Assembly: GCA_964016885.1 (NCBI GenBank)
Contig: OZ024745.1
Span: forward strand, 125,426,001 to 125,490,000
Direction of reading: 5' to 3'
DNA length: 64,000 bases
Source of the DNA: Eledone cirrhosa
Taxonomy: Eukaryota
Shown: in pieces, positions 12,939-24,269 of the stretch
Position numbering within the stretch: position 1 is the first letter of the stretch
Layout: every line of letters begins with the position of its first letter
Translations under genes and position numbers: made by a program
The notes under the pieces: generated by a model
Told to the model about the DNA's origin: nothing
The model's database searches: none
Seen by the model: only the letters and a program-made list of their open reading frames with translations

Positions 12939-14473
12939 TTACAGTTTAATATGGGGGCTTATTTTACAGGTTATACATTTCTTATCTATACATGAGGGTC
13001 TTTGAAAAGGGTATGTCTTGCTAATAAGTGTTTTTACGGAGGTACCTGGTCTTTCTACTATCTTAATATTGAGTTTATGTTTATTTAGGGCCCTTCTAAA
13101 TTTGTAAGCTAATTCACCTCTAGGGGTTGTATCGATGAACATTACACTCTGGTATTTATTGCTATCATACCATGAGTTTATTCTATTAGCCTTGTTCCTA
13201 GTTCTTTCTATTCTATTCCAAAATTTGCTCCTATACAAGGGGCAGGTCCCATTTATGTCATTATTTACCATTTTTTCCCATTTGGTTCTGGCTCCTCTAT
13301 ACACTCTGATTTTATCTCTCTGATTGTAGCCAGAGAACTGCATACGGTGGATGAAGTGTTGTATGTGTCTCTCTAGTTCTTCGGGGTTGCACATGCGGGA
13401 CACATTTCTCATCACCCGTACCAAATCCGCAATCAGTATGTTGATTTTGGTATGGTCCGAAATGGCCGAGATTCGGTGGATCAGATGTTTGGAAGTCATG
13501 GGTTTGGCATAATGGGAATAGAGGATTTGTTTTTTGTTGTTAATGGTATCTAACCAGGGCTCTGTGTCTAGTACAGGTAATCGATGGTTGGGGTGTTTAC
13601 TTGGGTAGTCTATAGTAACTCTAATGCTCTGGTGAATGGAGTTTGCTATTTGCTGGATGCTTTCCATTGTGTTTTTCTCTAGTTCCTGACTGTTCTCTAG
13701 TGGGGGTGTCTTAACTACGATGTTTATATCATCTACGTAGCGGGAGTACATTATCAGGGTTAAGGGGTCTTCTAATTGTTCTTTAAGTTTAAGTTTAAGT
13801 CTACTGTCCCACCATACCATGAATAAGTTAGCTATGTCGCCTGCAATGCTAACACCAATGGCTGCTCCTTCCTCTTGGGCATATGTTTTTCCATTAAATT
13901 TGAACATATGTTCCTTAAGGGTTAGTTTTATGCTGGCCCCTACCGCATGTGCAATCATTTTCTTCAGTTCATCGTGGTTTTCGGGTGTCCGTATGGCTCT
14001 GGTCCACCCGTTCCATCTATCTGTGTGTGTTTTCTTGGCCATTGAGGTAATGGTAGGTGGTCTGCCTCTTGCTGGTCTTGTAGGGCACAGGTTGCTAAGG
14101 TCATATGTGTCTAGGTAATTATTACTATAGGTAAGCTTAAGTAGGAGTCCCAGCTCACTGGTATCAATCCCACGGAACTCAACCTTGCTCTCACTGATCA
14201 TTTCTACGCATTTTTCCACAGCAAAATCTACGTCAATAGATGGATACAGGGACACAACATCCATACTGCCTATTATGCAGTTTGTTAGGTCCCCAGATCG
14301 GTTACCCACGCCGATTCTGCTGAGGAGGTCCTCCGTGCTGTCACATACATCTGGGGACATTTCAATGATGGGGCGTATGATCAGGGAGAGGAAGTAGGAC
14401 AGTCTGTAGTTACTAGCAATGTTAGCTCCACAGACTGGCCGTGTTGGTGGTCCCGCGACAGGGTCACAGCCCG
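12939..14473 (-). pseudogene. PLE reverse transcriptase (open frame from the truncation point)
   Basis: TRPVCG, GSMDVVSLYPSI, QEEGAAIGVSIAGDIANLFM, YSRYVDDI, LPVLD, SGY thumb motif. Confidence 0.92.
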
Positions 14474-14697
14474 TATATATATATATATATATATATATGT
14501 AGATAAATCTACCAAGAGTTTACGGTAGTGTCCAATCCGTATGAAGAACTCAATGTAGTCCGGATATCATGGAAAGAAGAGATGCAATGAAAAATCACTT
14601 TCGGTGAAAGATAAACGGAATACAGAGTCAAGATAAAATATTAAAAAAATAATGAATAAAACAATGAAACAGTTCCTTATATTAAACAAAAAAAGTT

Positions 14698-14847
14698 CAT
14701 TATTTAACGATCGTTTCTAGGATATATATGTGTTAGAATTGGCATGCATATTCAACAGATCTATGTACAAAATTATATAAAATTATACAAACTATCAAGA
14801 TTAAATATACATACCAAACACACATATATGCCGTCTTCAGAAATAAT
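14698..14847 (-). ncRNA. HHR family B', canonical C3-G8 core, long stem II (left arm of palindrome)
   Basis: Reverse complement of 14856-15006. Confidence 0.75.
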
Positions 14848-14855
14848 CATTATTT

Positions 14856-15006
14856 CATTATTTCTGAAGACGGCATATATGTGTGTTTGGTATGTATATT
14901 TAATCTTGATAGTTTGTATAATTTTATATAATTTTGTACATAGATCTGTTGAATATGCATGCCAATTCTAACACATATATATCCTAGAAACGATCGTTAA
15001 ATAATG
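14856..15006 (+). ncRNA. HHR family B', canonical core, 116-nt stem II domain
   Basis: cattattt-CTGAAGA-cggcatatatgtgt..acacatatatatccta-GAAA-cgatcg-TT-aaataatg; inner helix ttggtatgtatattt/gaatatgcatgccaa. Confidence 0.78.
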
Positions 15007-15016
15007 AACTTTTTTT

Positions 15017-16412
15017 AAGAGGGTGTTAAAGTTTGCTTGAAGCATTGTGAAATGTGTAAAAATACGTATTTAAGAAAGCCACAACAATGCAAAGGGAAAT
15101 CTCGAGGTAGGAAGTGAAATATAGATAGGAAAAACAGGTGAAAGTGAAAGTTGAGAGAGACAAAGATGAAAACAAAACAAAGGTAGAAGGGTTACCGTAG
15201 TAGAGATTTTAATCCCAATATTTCGGGCTCACGCCCATCAACGGGGGAAAAGTTCCAAAAGGGGGGAAAACAGGCCAAGCGGAGAAAGTGTTGATGTCGT
15301 TAAGACAGGAATGCCGTTAAGGGGAGAAAAATATTTAAAATTTAAACGAGGGAGAGAATGCGCGTGCGCGTGATAAGCTGTGGCAAAAGCTACTGACCAA
15401 ATGGGTTAAATCAAGAGGGTGCGTTAGCGTGTGAAAGCCTTAAGATATGTGTATGTAAATATATATGTGTGTGTGACTGTGTGTGTATAGGTGTAAGTGT
15501 GTATATGTGTGAGTGTGTGTGTGTGTGAAAGATAGTGGGCTGTAGAAGTTGGAAATCAAAGGGTGTGAAAGGTGGTAGGTTGTAAAATATGTGTGCGTGT
15601 ATAAATATAGAAGTGTGTGTGTGTAAGCGTATGGGTATACATGTGTGTGTGTAACTGTGTATGTATATGTGTGAGTGCGTTTGTGTGTGAAAGATAGTGG
15701 GCTGTAGAAGCTGGAAATCAAAGGGTGTGAAAGGTGGTAGGTTGTAAAAACATGTGTGCGTGTAAAATATAGAAGTGTGTGTGCATGCGTATGGGTATGC
15801 ATATACGTGCGTGTGTGTGAATATAACAGGCCGTAGGCTGTGAATGGTCAATATGGTTAAATTAGCCATGTCAGCTCATTTCTCTCAGCCCGGTTGTTAA
15901 GTGGGGGTCTGAGGTTCTTAATAACAAGTGCTTCCTTTATCCTTAAGGATCCGATGCTGCGTTCAGTCGCTAGGACTGTGACCAAGGGTCTACCCTGTGG
16001 GTTTCCGCATTTGAGGATATGTTTACGGAAGGAAGATGCGTTGGTGTTGATATGTTCCTTGATACGAACATGTAGGGGTCGGATGGTGCTACCTATGTAA
16101 AACTTGTTACATTTATCGCATTGAATCTTATATACGACATAGGTGCGTAGGCAATCTGCCCCCCGTATCGGGCAGTTGCTGAGGGAACAAGTCCTATCTG
16201 CCTCGTAGGGTTTGTTGGAGAGGCATCTTCGCAGCGAAGGTCCTGTGTGGGCCAAATGTATGTCAAGTCCCTCCGTACGTATGGCCCTGCGGATGGCGTT
16301 CGTGGTACATTCACTCAGGTGGGGGATTTTAAAGAAGCACCTGCTAATATTAAGTTTTCTAGTGGGTGTCGGTCTACTGGGTCTGGGGTCTCTAATTCCG
16401 TTAATCAGTCGC
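15017..16412 (-). mobile_element. 5'-truncated PLE (GIY-YIG end plus 3' UTR/pseudo-LTR) nested in the family B' element
   Basis: T7 target duplication 15010-15016 and 16413-16419; host sequence resumes at 16420. Confidence 0.85.
15857..16255 (-). pseudogene. PLE GIY-YIG endonuclease domain
   Basis: VVYKIQCDKCNKFYIGSTIRPLHVRIKEH..LRIKEALVIKNLRPPLN. Confidence 0.9.
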
Positions 16413-16465
16413 TTTTTTTGTTTAATATAAGGAACTGTTTCATTGTTTTATTCATTATTTTTTTA

Positions 16466-16507
<42 letters not shown>

Positions 16508-16510
<3 letters not shown>

Positions 16511-16620
16511 GTACTCCTCGTTTAACAAACGGGTTACGTTCCAATGACCCGTTCGTTAAACGAAATGATCGTTAAACGAGTGACTTTCTTACGACATTGG
16601 GCATATAGGTCTGTACAGTA
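16508..16620 (+). mobile_element. Tigger/pogo-like DNA transposon left end
   Basis: ta-caggtactcctcgtttaac terminus with internal cgttaaacga repeats; no right end found. Confidence 0.5.
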
Positions 16621-16961
16621 CAGTATATATTCTTGATATTGTTTCTTTATTTCGATTATTAGTTTTTAACTTAAAATCATATACACAGAACTATAGCTTT
16701 TCTTTATAAAGTATATTACTGTACAGTAGTCTTATTTTTTGTTTTAGCTGTAGATTTCAAGGTTTTCAAACTTAAACTAGGCTACATTATGGGCACTGAA
16801 TAACCTTTCGCTCGGCCAACATTCGTCATATACGTTCAGAATAATTCTGGATATATTGTTTCTTTATTTTGACTAATACCTTTTAACTTTAAATCGTATG
16901 TTATACATAGCACTATACCTTTTCTTTATAGAGTATATTAAAGCCTTACTTTTTGTTTTAC

Positions 16962-17102
16962 CGGTACTTTATTTTATCGACCCCGTAAGGATGAAAGGCA
17001 AAGTTAACCTCGGCGGGATTTGAACTCAGATCATACAAGGAGGTAACTCTATGCTTCAAAGTATGGCGTCCGAACATCTACCGATACTGCCAATCCACCG
17101 CC
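16962..17102 (-). mobile_element. S1 SINE
   Basis: Consensus match ending ccaatccaccgcc. Confidence 0.85.
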
Positions 17103-17492
17103 TATATATATATATATATTAATAAAAGGAATTCCAACTTTGTCTGATTTACTCGTTTTATTTACAATCCTTTAAAATTTATAATGGTCATATTGTGTGG
17201 TGACAGTCAAGTTTGCAATTTTCAACTTGAAAATTGCAAACTTGACTGTCACCACACAATATAAACCTGAAGATTGCGAAAGCATGAAAGTACTTGTTCA
17301 ATTAACACTTAACATTTAATATTCTACCATACTATTATTACTAAATAAAATATGTTGTTTTAAAGATTTCCTAACCCAGAAAAAAATAGATAAATAAAAA
17401 GGAAGAAAATATATTTTTCTTCCTAATAATCGTTTTTTTCTCCATATTTTCATATATATATATCCCAACTCGTGTGCCTCTTTTCCACATTT

Positions 17493-17538
<46 letters not shown>

Positions 17539-17657
17539 AGATATATATATATATATAATATAAGTTAAAACAATGAAATAAAAAATCAAGTGATTAGAGA
17601 TATACTTCACTGCTTTACAATCGTTTCTAGCTGATGATAATACATTGTAGCTATACT

Positions 17658-17799
17658 CATTGCTTTTGAAAACAGCTGGTGATATGCATGTAAGTAAATA
17701 TTCTCTTTATCTGATATTTTGTAACTAACCTTACATAGATCAATAACAGAGTATAGCTACAATGTATTATCATCACCTAGAAACGATCGTAAAGCAGTG
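17658..17799 (+). ncRNA. HHR family B, U3-A8 core, 107-nt stem II domain, intact GUA site
   Basis: cattgctt-TTGAAAA-cagctggtgata..tatcatcaccta-GAAA-cgatcg-TA-aagcagtg; preceded by an inverted partial copy 17560-17657. Confidence 0.78.
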
Positions 17800-17975
17800 A
17801 AGTATATCTCGAATGACTTGATTTTTTATTTCATTGTTTTAACTTATATCATGACTCTGTTTTCCTTTTAATGTTTTATTGTTTTCCGGGATTTATCTTA
17901 ACCTACAACATATGGATTACATCGAGTTCTTCATGCAGAATAGACCCCTCAATTTACTGTGTATATATATATATA

Positions 17976-18024
<49 letters not shown>

Positions 18025-18091
18025 AAAAAAAGATGAAATCGAAAATGCAACTGGAGTCTTATTTTTTTTTAAATATATATATTTATTTGGT

Positions 18092-18131
18092 TCCTTTACC
18101 GGTTTCGCAGTTCTTCTGCTTTTCAAAAGTA
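18092..18131 (-). ncRNA. HHR family E, U3-A8 core (left arm of palindrome)
   Basis: Exact reverse complement of 18205-18244. Confidence 0.75.
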
Positions 18132-18204
18132 GAGTTGAGATGGAGGGTCTGTGGTTTTGCTCACATCTGATGTGAGAAAAACCACAGACCCTCCATCTCA
18201 ACTC

Positions 18205-18244
18205 TACTTTTGAAAAGCAGAAGAACTGCGAAACCGGTAAAGGA
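18205..18244 (+). ncRNA. HHR family E, minimal, U3-A8 core
   Basis: ctt-TTGAAAA-GCAG-aagaa-CTGC-GAAA-CCGG-TA-aag: perfect stem II, palindromic loop III, GUA site, short stem I. Confidence 0.78.
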
Positions 18245-18373
18245 ACCAAATAAATATATATATATTTTTTAAAATAGGACTCCAGTTGCATTTTCGATTT
18301 CATCTTTTTTTCTTTATACTTTCACTCGTGTAGGACACCTCAGTTATTTTTCATTTTGTAAAAAAAACCTCAC

Positions 18374-18424
<51 letters not shown>

Positions 18425-18477
18425 TAAAATAAAATAAAATAAATAAGTCAAATGTTTTAAATTTGGCTTCGTTTATT

Positions 18478-18532
18478 ACTGCTATATATATTTCGGTGAC
18501 AGCCATCTTTGGCTGTGACCTCTTCAGGCAGT
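18478..18532 (-). ncRNA. HHR family F
   Basis: actgc-CTGAAGA-ggtcacagcca-aaga-tggctgtcacc-GAAA-tatata-TA-gcagt: perfect stem I, 11-position stem II with one C-C mismatch. Confidence 0.88.
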
Positions 18533-18856
18533 CCAAATTAGTATGGTAGAGACGAGTACACATGTTGTTGAGGTGTATAACTTTGTCAATACTCTGATAT
18601 GCCCAGTTCCTGGTTGGGTTGTTATTTCACTGAGGAACTGGAATCATATGAATTCAAACAAACGAATTTCAGTGTCAAAGGGCCTCTTCTCCTCTCATTG
18701 GTCAGTTGTTAAAACATTCCTCAGTCAAAAGTCTATAGAAATTCGTTCTGAGGCAAGCCAATCTGTAGTTGTTGTTCTTGTTATTGTTAGGTACATCTGA
18801 CCTCTATTCTTGTGTTGGTAGTAGTGTTAAAATGTATATATATATATATATATATA

Positions 18857-19050
18857 ACGAAGGATGTGTGGTAAGGAACCAGATGGACCATAACGCACCA
18901 GAGTACTCAATACTTAGGGTAGTAGAGTGGGTAATAGGAAAATGTTAGACCCCCCACGGCAGAGATCAAGCTTTTCTGGACGCGAAATAGGTCCAGAAAT
19001 ACCCGTTGCAACGGCTAGAGCTCTGCCGTCGGGGTCTAACATTTTCCTAT
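18857..19050. mobile_element. Family D element with internal inversion, between (TA)n tracts
   Basis: 18857-18940 is the reverse complement of 9531-9613-type sequence. Confidence 0.65.
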
Positions 19051-19784
19051 ATATATTTATATATATATTACATATATATAATGTTGATGATGTACATTAT
19101 ATCAATACAAACAGAAAGTATCCACAAGTAAAAGAAGGTACTCAATACATAAAATAAAATTCGTTCATGTATTGAATTAATGCATAAATCATAGTTTTAT
19201 AAGTTATAGATAAGGCAGTACCATTAAATCGGAAGATTATAAGCAGTTGTCGGAGTGGCTAAATGAGAGATTATGCTTACAAAGCAGAAAAAGTCAAGGT
19301 AGTAGAGCACGAATTAACGAAGTTGCTAGTAGAAAGGAGTGCAGTTTGTAGATAACGATAACACACACACACATATCTACATTTACAGACATACTCACAC
19401 TCACATATCTTCTCATTCTGAAACACACATCAAAGCATGTTAATTACTACATATATACATAGATGGATGTACAAATTGCATTCATTTTTATTTTATTTTA
19501 TGCTGTATGTATCTTTACATGCAGATTGATTAGGAAAATTTCAGTAAATTGAGATTATCCTTGCTACTTCAAAGTAAAATCTTCCTTTAATGATTTTCAA
19601 AACTAGAAACAGGAAGTATGATAGAGAAATTCTTGGTCATAAGCTGATATAACAGAGTTTGGAAGATGTTTGACTGCATGAAAATAACTATGGGAAATTG
19701 GAAGTTTGAACATGTACTGTAACAAAGAATTTATTATTATTTATAGTGAGGTGGATTGGCAGAATGTATTTTTATTTATAGTGA

Positions 19785-19962
19785 GGTGGATCGGTAGAGG
19801 GTCGGACGCCATGCTTTGACGCATAGAGTTACGGCCCTTGCCATTCTGAGTTCAAATCCTGCCAAGGTTAACTTTGCCTTTCATCCTTACGGGGTCGATA
19901 AAATTAAGTACCAGTAATGTACTGGGATAATTGCTGGCCTTGTTCCAAAAGTAGAAACAATT
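19785..19962 (+). mobile_element. S1 SINE
   Basis: Consensus match. Confidence 0.85.
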
Positions 19963-20839
19963 ATTTATAGTGAGGTGAAGTTGGAGTTAAATCTGAAGGA
20001 GGAAATCTTATTGTTTTTGTGAATTCTAAATATTCTATTATAAGAAAAAGAACACAGAAGGATAAAGAGTTTAAGAGTGTCTTGTTATAAAATGTAGTGA
20101 GATTGGATATGTCATTCGATTAAGAATAAAGAAGGAAATATTGTATGGTTATCCTCAGTAAAATGTATTTATATGTTCATGAGCTTGAGGTATGATTTCC
20201 AAGTTTTTCAATGGGTACTTGCCAAATAGGGATAATTTGTAAATAACTCTGACATAAAATTTAGAGAATTTGTAGATTTTTTTATAGTTTTTGAGCATGT
20301 GGCAATAAATAAAGCACAGCATTTCTGAATACTCTGCAGCCCTTCGAGATATTGATGTTGAAATCAGTTGCACATTTTGTTTTTCAAGCTCCTAATATGA
20401 TTAAAATAGCTTTGTTCCACTACTTGGTTTTGTTTTTCTGAAACAAAAAGTAGAGTTTAAGTACTATTTAGATTTAATTTTTACCATAAGTGTTTAGTAT
20501 TTGTGTAAGACATTACAGTTTTGTTTATTGCTTTCAATTGAACATTGTAGATAATTTGATGTGATACTAGCTTCAGTTAAATTAATTGTGTTACATACTA
20601 TAATTGTTTTTTTTTTAATATTTGAGAAGTACAATTATATAACTCAGTTTAACAATATTTCTCTTAAGTAGTTTTTTGTAACAATATATGTACATGCATG
20701 CACATATATATAAATGCATCTTTAGTTAGAACATCTCAATACATAATATAATATATATATATGTACACATATATATACATGTGTGTGTCACTGTCTGTTT
20801 ACATGTATGTGTGCATTTATATGTATACAAAATATACAT

Positions 20840-20859
<20 letters not shown>

Positions 20860-20896
<37 letters not shown>

Positions 20897-20964
20897 ATAT
20901 ACATGTTTACACACACAGACACATATATATACATATATATATACATATATACATATATATATAC

Positions 20965-20995
<31 letters not shown>

Positions 20996-21052
20996 CATAT
21001 ATATATATACATATATATATATACATATATATATATACATATATATATATAC

Positions 21053-21115
<63 letters not shown>

Positions 21116-21468
21116 CATACATATATATATATATACATATATATATATACATATATATATATATACATATATATATATACATATATATATATATACATAT
21201 ATATATATACATATATATATATATACATATATATATACATATATATATATATACATATATATATACATATATATATATACATATATATATATACATATAT
21301 ATATATACATATATATATATACATATATATATATACATACATATATATATATACATATATATATATACATATATATATACATATATATATATACGTATAT
21401 ATATATACATGCATACATATATGTATACACACACATATATATACATATATATATATAGATAGGTACAT

Positions 21469-21513
<45 letters not shown>
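20860..21513. repeat. Long compound (TA)n/(TACATATATATA)n microsatellite
   Basis: Direct reading. Confidence 0.97.
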
Positions 21514-21517
<4 letters not shown>

Positions 21518-22507
21518 TGAGCATATATGTCATCTGCTATACAGAATCGCACATAATCAACCACAATGGTATCTCCAATTAATGCATTATGCTATAGTTT
21601 TCTTTACAGTGATCAAATGCTCTGCATTCACTGTGGGACATCTATACACTATTTGTAAACAAGCTCTGTCAGATACTAGTAAAAATTACCAAAACATCAA
21701 CTGATAGAAATGTAATTCCATTTGTTTTTGACTGCAAAGAAAGGATTGTCTGGAAAACACTATTTGATTAACCTCACCTATTATTAGATTTTTCTGATGT
21801 TCTTCTTGTTATTTAGACATTTTTTTTCTTTTTGTGTGTATATGTGTATGTATGCGTGAGTGTCTATGCTTATATATGTCCATGCAGAGATATCCTGTTA
21901 GTTCTTTAATGAGAAGTTTGAAATAGTTTTGTCAACAACATAGAGAGTAGATAGATATAATTTCCTAAAGCAAATGGTAAATTAATGTTTTGTAATACAG
22001 CTGGTTTCCCCAATGTTCCATTTGGTTTAACATCACCACATGCTTCTTGAGTGCCTTTAGGAGAATTCATTCAGTTGCAAACATAATGTACAGTAACCTT
22101 CATTCTTTCCCAACCAGATTTTTTAATAATTTTTTATATGTTGAAGCTTACCATTAGCTAAAACCTACTATGTAAATGTCATGAGCCTTCATTTCTCCTA
22201 CCCAAACTAACATTTTAAATAAGTTTATTCCATATCATAATATAAATTATATAACTAAATACCACAAGGTATTTTCTCTATTACTCTACAAATTCTACAA
22301 TTTTACCACCATATGAAAAATCATATGTACTTCTTATAATGAAATAAAGGCAAACATTTTGAGGGAGGGACTGTTCGATTATATCAATGCCACCACTCAC
22401 TTGTACTTTATCTTTCCATTGTTGGCCTTGGTAAGATTTCAGATCAAATGCAAGTTATTTGTCCAATTTGATCTGTACATCCAGTTAATAAACAACCTTT
22501 CTACTTT

Positions 22508-22665
22508 TGGCACAAGGCCAGCAATTACCCCAGTGCATTACTAGTACTTTATTTTATCGACCCCATAAGGATGGAAGGCAAGTTAACCTCGGTGGATTTG
22601 AACTTAGAAAGTAAAGGGTCATAACTCTATGTTGCAAAGCATGGTGTCTGACACTCTACCGATTA
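22508..22665 (-). mobile_element. S1 SINE
   Basis: Consensus match. Confidence 0.85.
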
Positions 22666-23554
22666 ATGATATAATTTGATATGTAAAGTAATGATACTAT
22701 CTACCTTAGTATTTTCAGTCAACCCTTTATCAATTTCATCATTTTTTCTAATAAAAATTTGTTATATTGATGCAATGATATAAATTTATAGGAAGCAGAT
22801 TATAGACGTTTGAGTAAATTAAATGTATACTGCTGGTATATTTTATATTAGTCATGGAATGATCAAATGCAACGTGAATCAAGCTAACGGCACATTATTA
22901 AGTAATCTACTTTTTAAATTTTTTTTTCACACTATTAATTGTTTCTACTTTTGGCACAACGCCACCAGTTATCCAGTACATTACTGGTATTTTATTTTTA
23001 CACTATTAATTATAACAATAATTGTTTCTAACATATGGGCATTGTCAGACAGTTGAGGGGGAGAAAAAATATTTTTGTTGACCTCTGCATTTAACTGGTA
23101 CCTTATTTTATAGAAACTAGTACGGTGAGAGGTAAAATAGACCCTCGCAATCTTCTGCCCGCAGTAGGAGGGCACCAAAACTATCTCCTCACTCTTTAGG
23201 TTTACCAAAGAGTGAGACTTCACCTCTTGCGGGGTAGCAAAAAGTTTGTCTACTGTGGCATACTTTTAGCCTTGGGTGATGTTGGTTTTGCATGCCAACA
23301 CATACCCCAAGGCCTGTTGAATTTGAGCCTCTGTGGCTCTCTCTCTACCCAATGTGATCTTTTATTCACAGTTCATATGTCACCATCCACATCTCTTGGT
23401 CCTTGAAAAGATCAGGTGCAGGTTTCAGTGAGACTCGATTGGCAATTCTAGTCACCATGGCTCTTGCGATCGCCATCTCCTCCTCCGTGACTATCACCAT
23501 CTCTCCATTTCTTGCTGCCCCTGCAAAAGAGAGGGTCCTTTTTTCAGTGACACT

Positions 23555-23700
23555 ATTGTTGTTACCATTGCTGCTGCTGTTATTGGTCATGTTGGTGGTG
23601 TTGTTGCTGCTGCTACTGCTAATACTGGTGTTGTTGGTGTTGCTGCTGCTGCTGCTGCTAAATGCATCAGCATTTGTAGCTAAATGCATCAGCAGCAGCC
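23555..23700. repeat. Imperfect (CTG/TTG/GTG)n trinucleotide tract
   Basis: Direct reading. Confidence 0.85.
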
Positions 23701-24269
23701 ACTTCTCGACCACCGCTTGATGCAGAAGAAGATAAAATGGCCTTTGCCTGACTTTCACTACATGACGATGAAGCAGGCAAAAAGGAAATTGAAACCTCAA
23801 TCTCACAGCTTGGTGAAGAACGAAGTTTTGACTGAAGACAAGGTAGAGAAGGAGATTTCTTGAATGATGCCATTTTTCTTTTTTTTTTGTGGGCATATTT
23901 GCCAAATGCAAAGTTCAAATTGGAATTTAGGAAAAACCTAAAAACCAACTCATTCTTAATGATAAATGAAGAAACAATTACAGAAACTTGCTATGGGATT
24001 GAAACCAATTATGATAACATCTCGGAGGGTACTCTAGGTGAAGCTGTTACGTATGGCAGGTTGGACATGGATGAAGCAATACATTGTTCAGATTCTGAAG
24101 TACAGGCATCCACTGATTGTCATCAAGAAACTGTATCTAACAAGAGGGTTAATCTATATACCCGCAGGATGGGCAGGCATCGAAGTGAAGTGAAGGACAG
24201 TGGAAATGGTCAAAAGATCAGAACAGAATAGCTGTTAAATACTGCCTAAGGCCCAAAAATGGATGGAAG

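Larger units (their letters stand above)
12156..14473 (-). mobile_element. Penelope-like retroelement, 5'-truncated, flanked by (TA)n on both sides (family C pseudo-LTR at 12156-12600)
   Basis: RT plus GIY-YIG reading frames plus HHR-bearing 3' region; second pseudo-LTR copy at 62849-63155. Confidence 0.93.

Noticed and set aside
20155-20391. Possible minus-strand terminal exon (ELEKQNVQLISTSISRR..)
   Set aside because: Weak acceptor, no recognisable domain, phase incompatible with the 26157 candidate
20726-21564. Long ORFs of [14 protein letters not shown] type, here and throughout the track
   Set aside because: Stop-free translations of (TA)n, (TG)n and (CA)n microsatellites
23366-23911. 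Poly-Ser/Asn and poly-Leu ORFs
   Set aside because: Produced by a trinucleotide tract next to a retroelement relic; no splice or domain support
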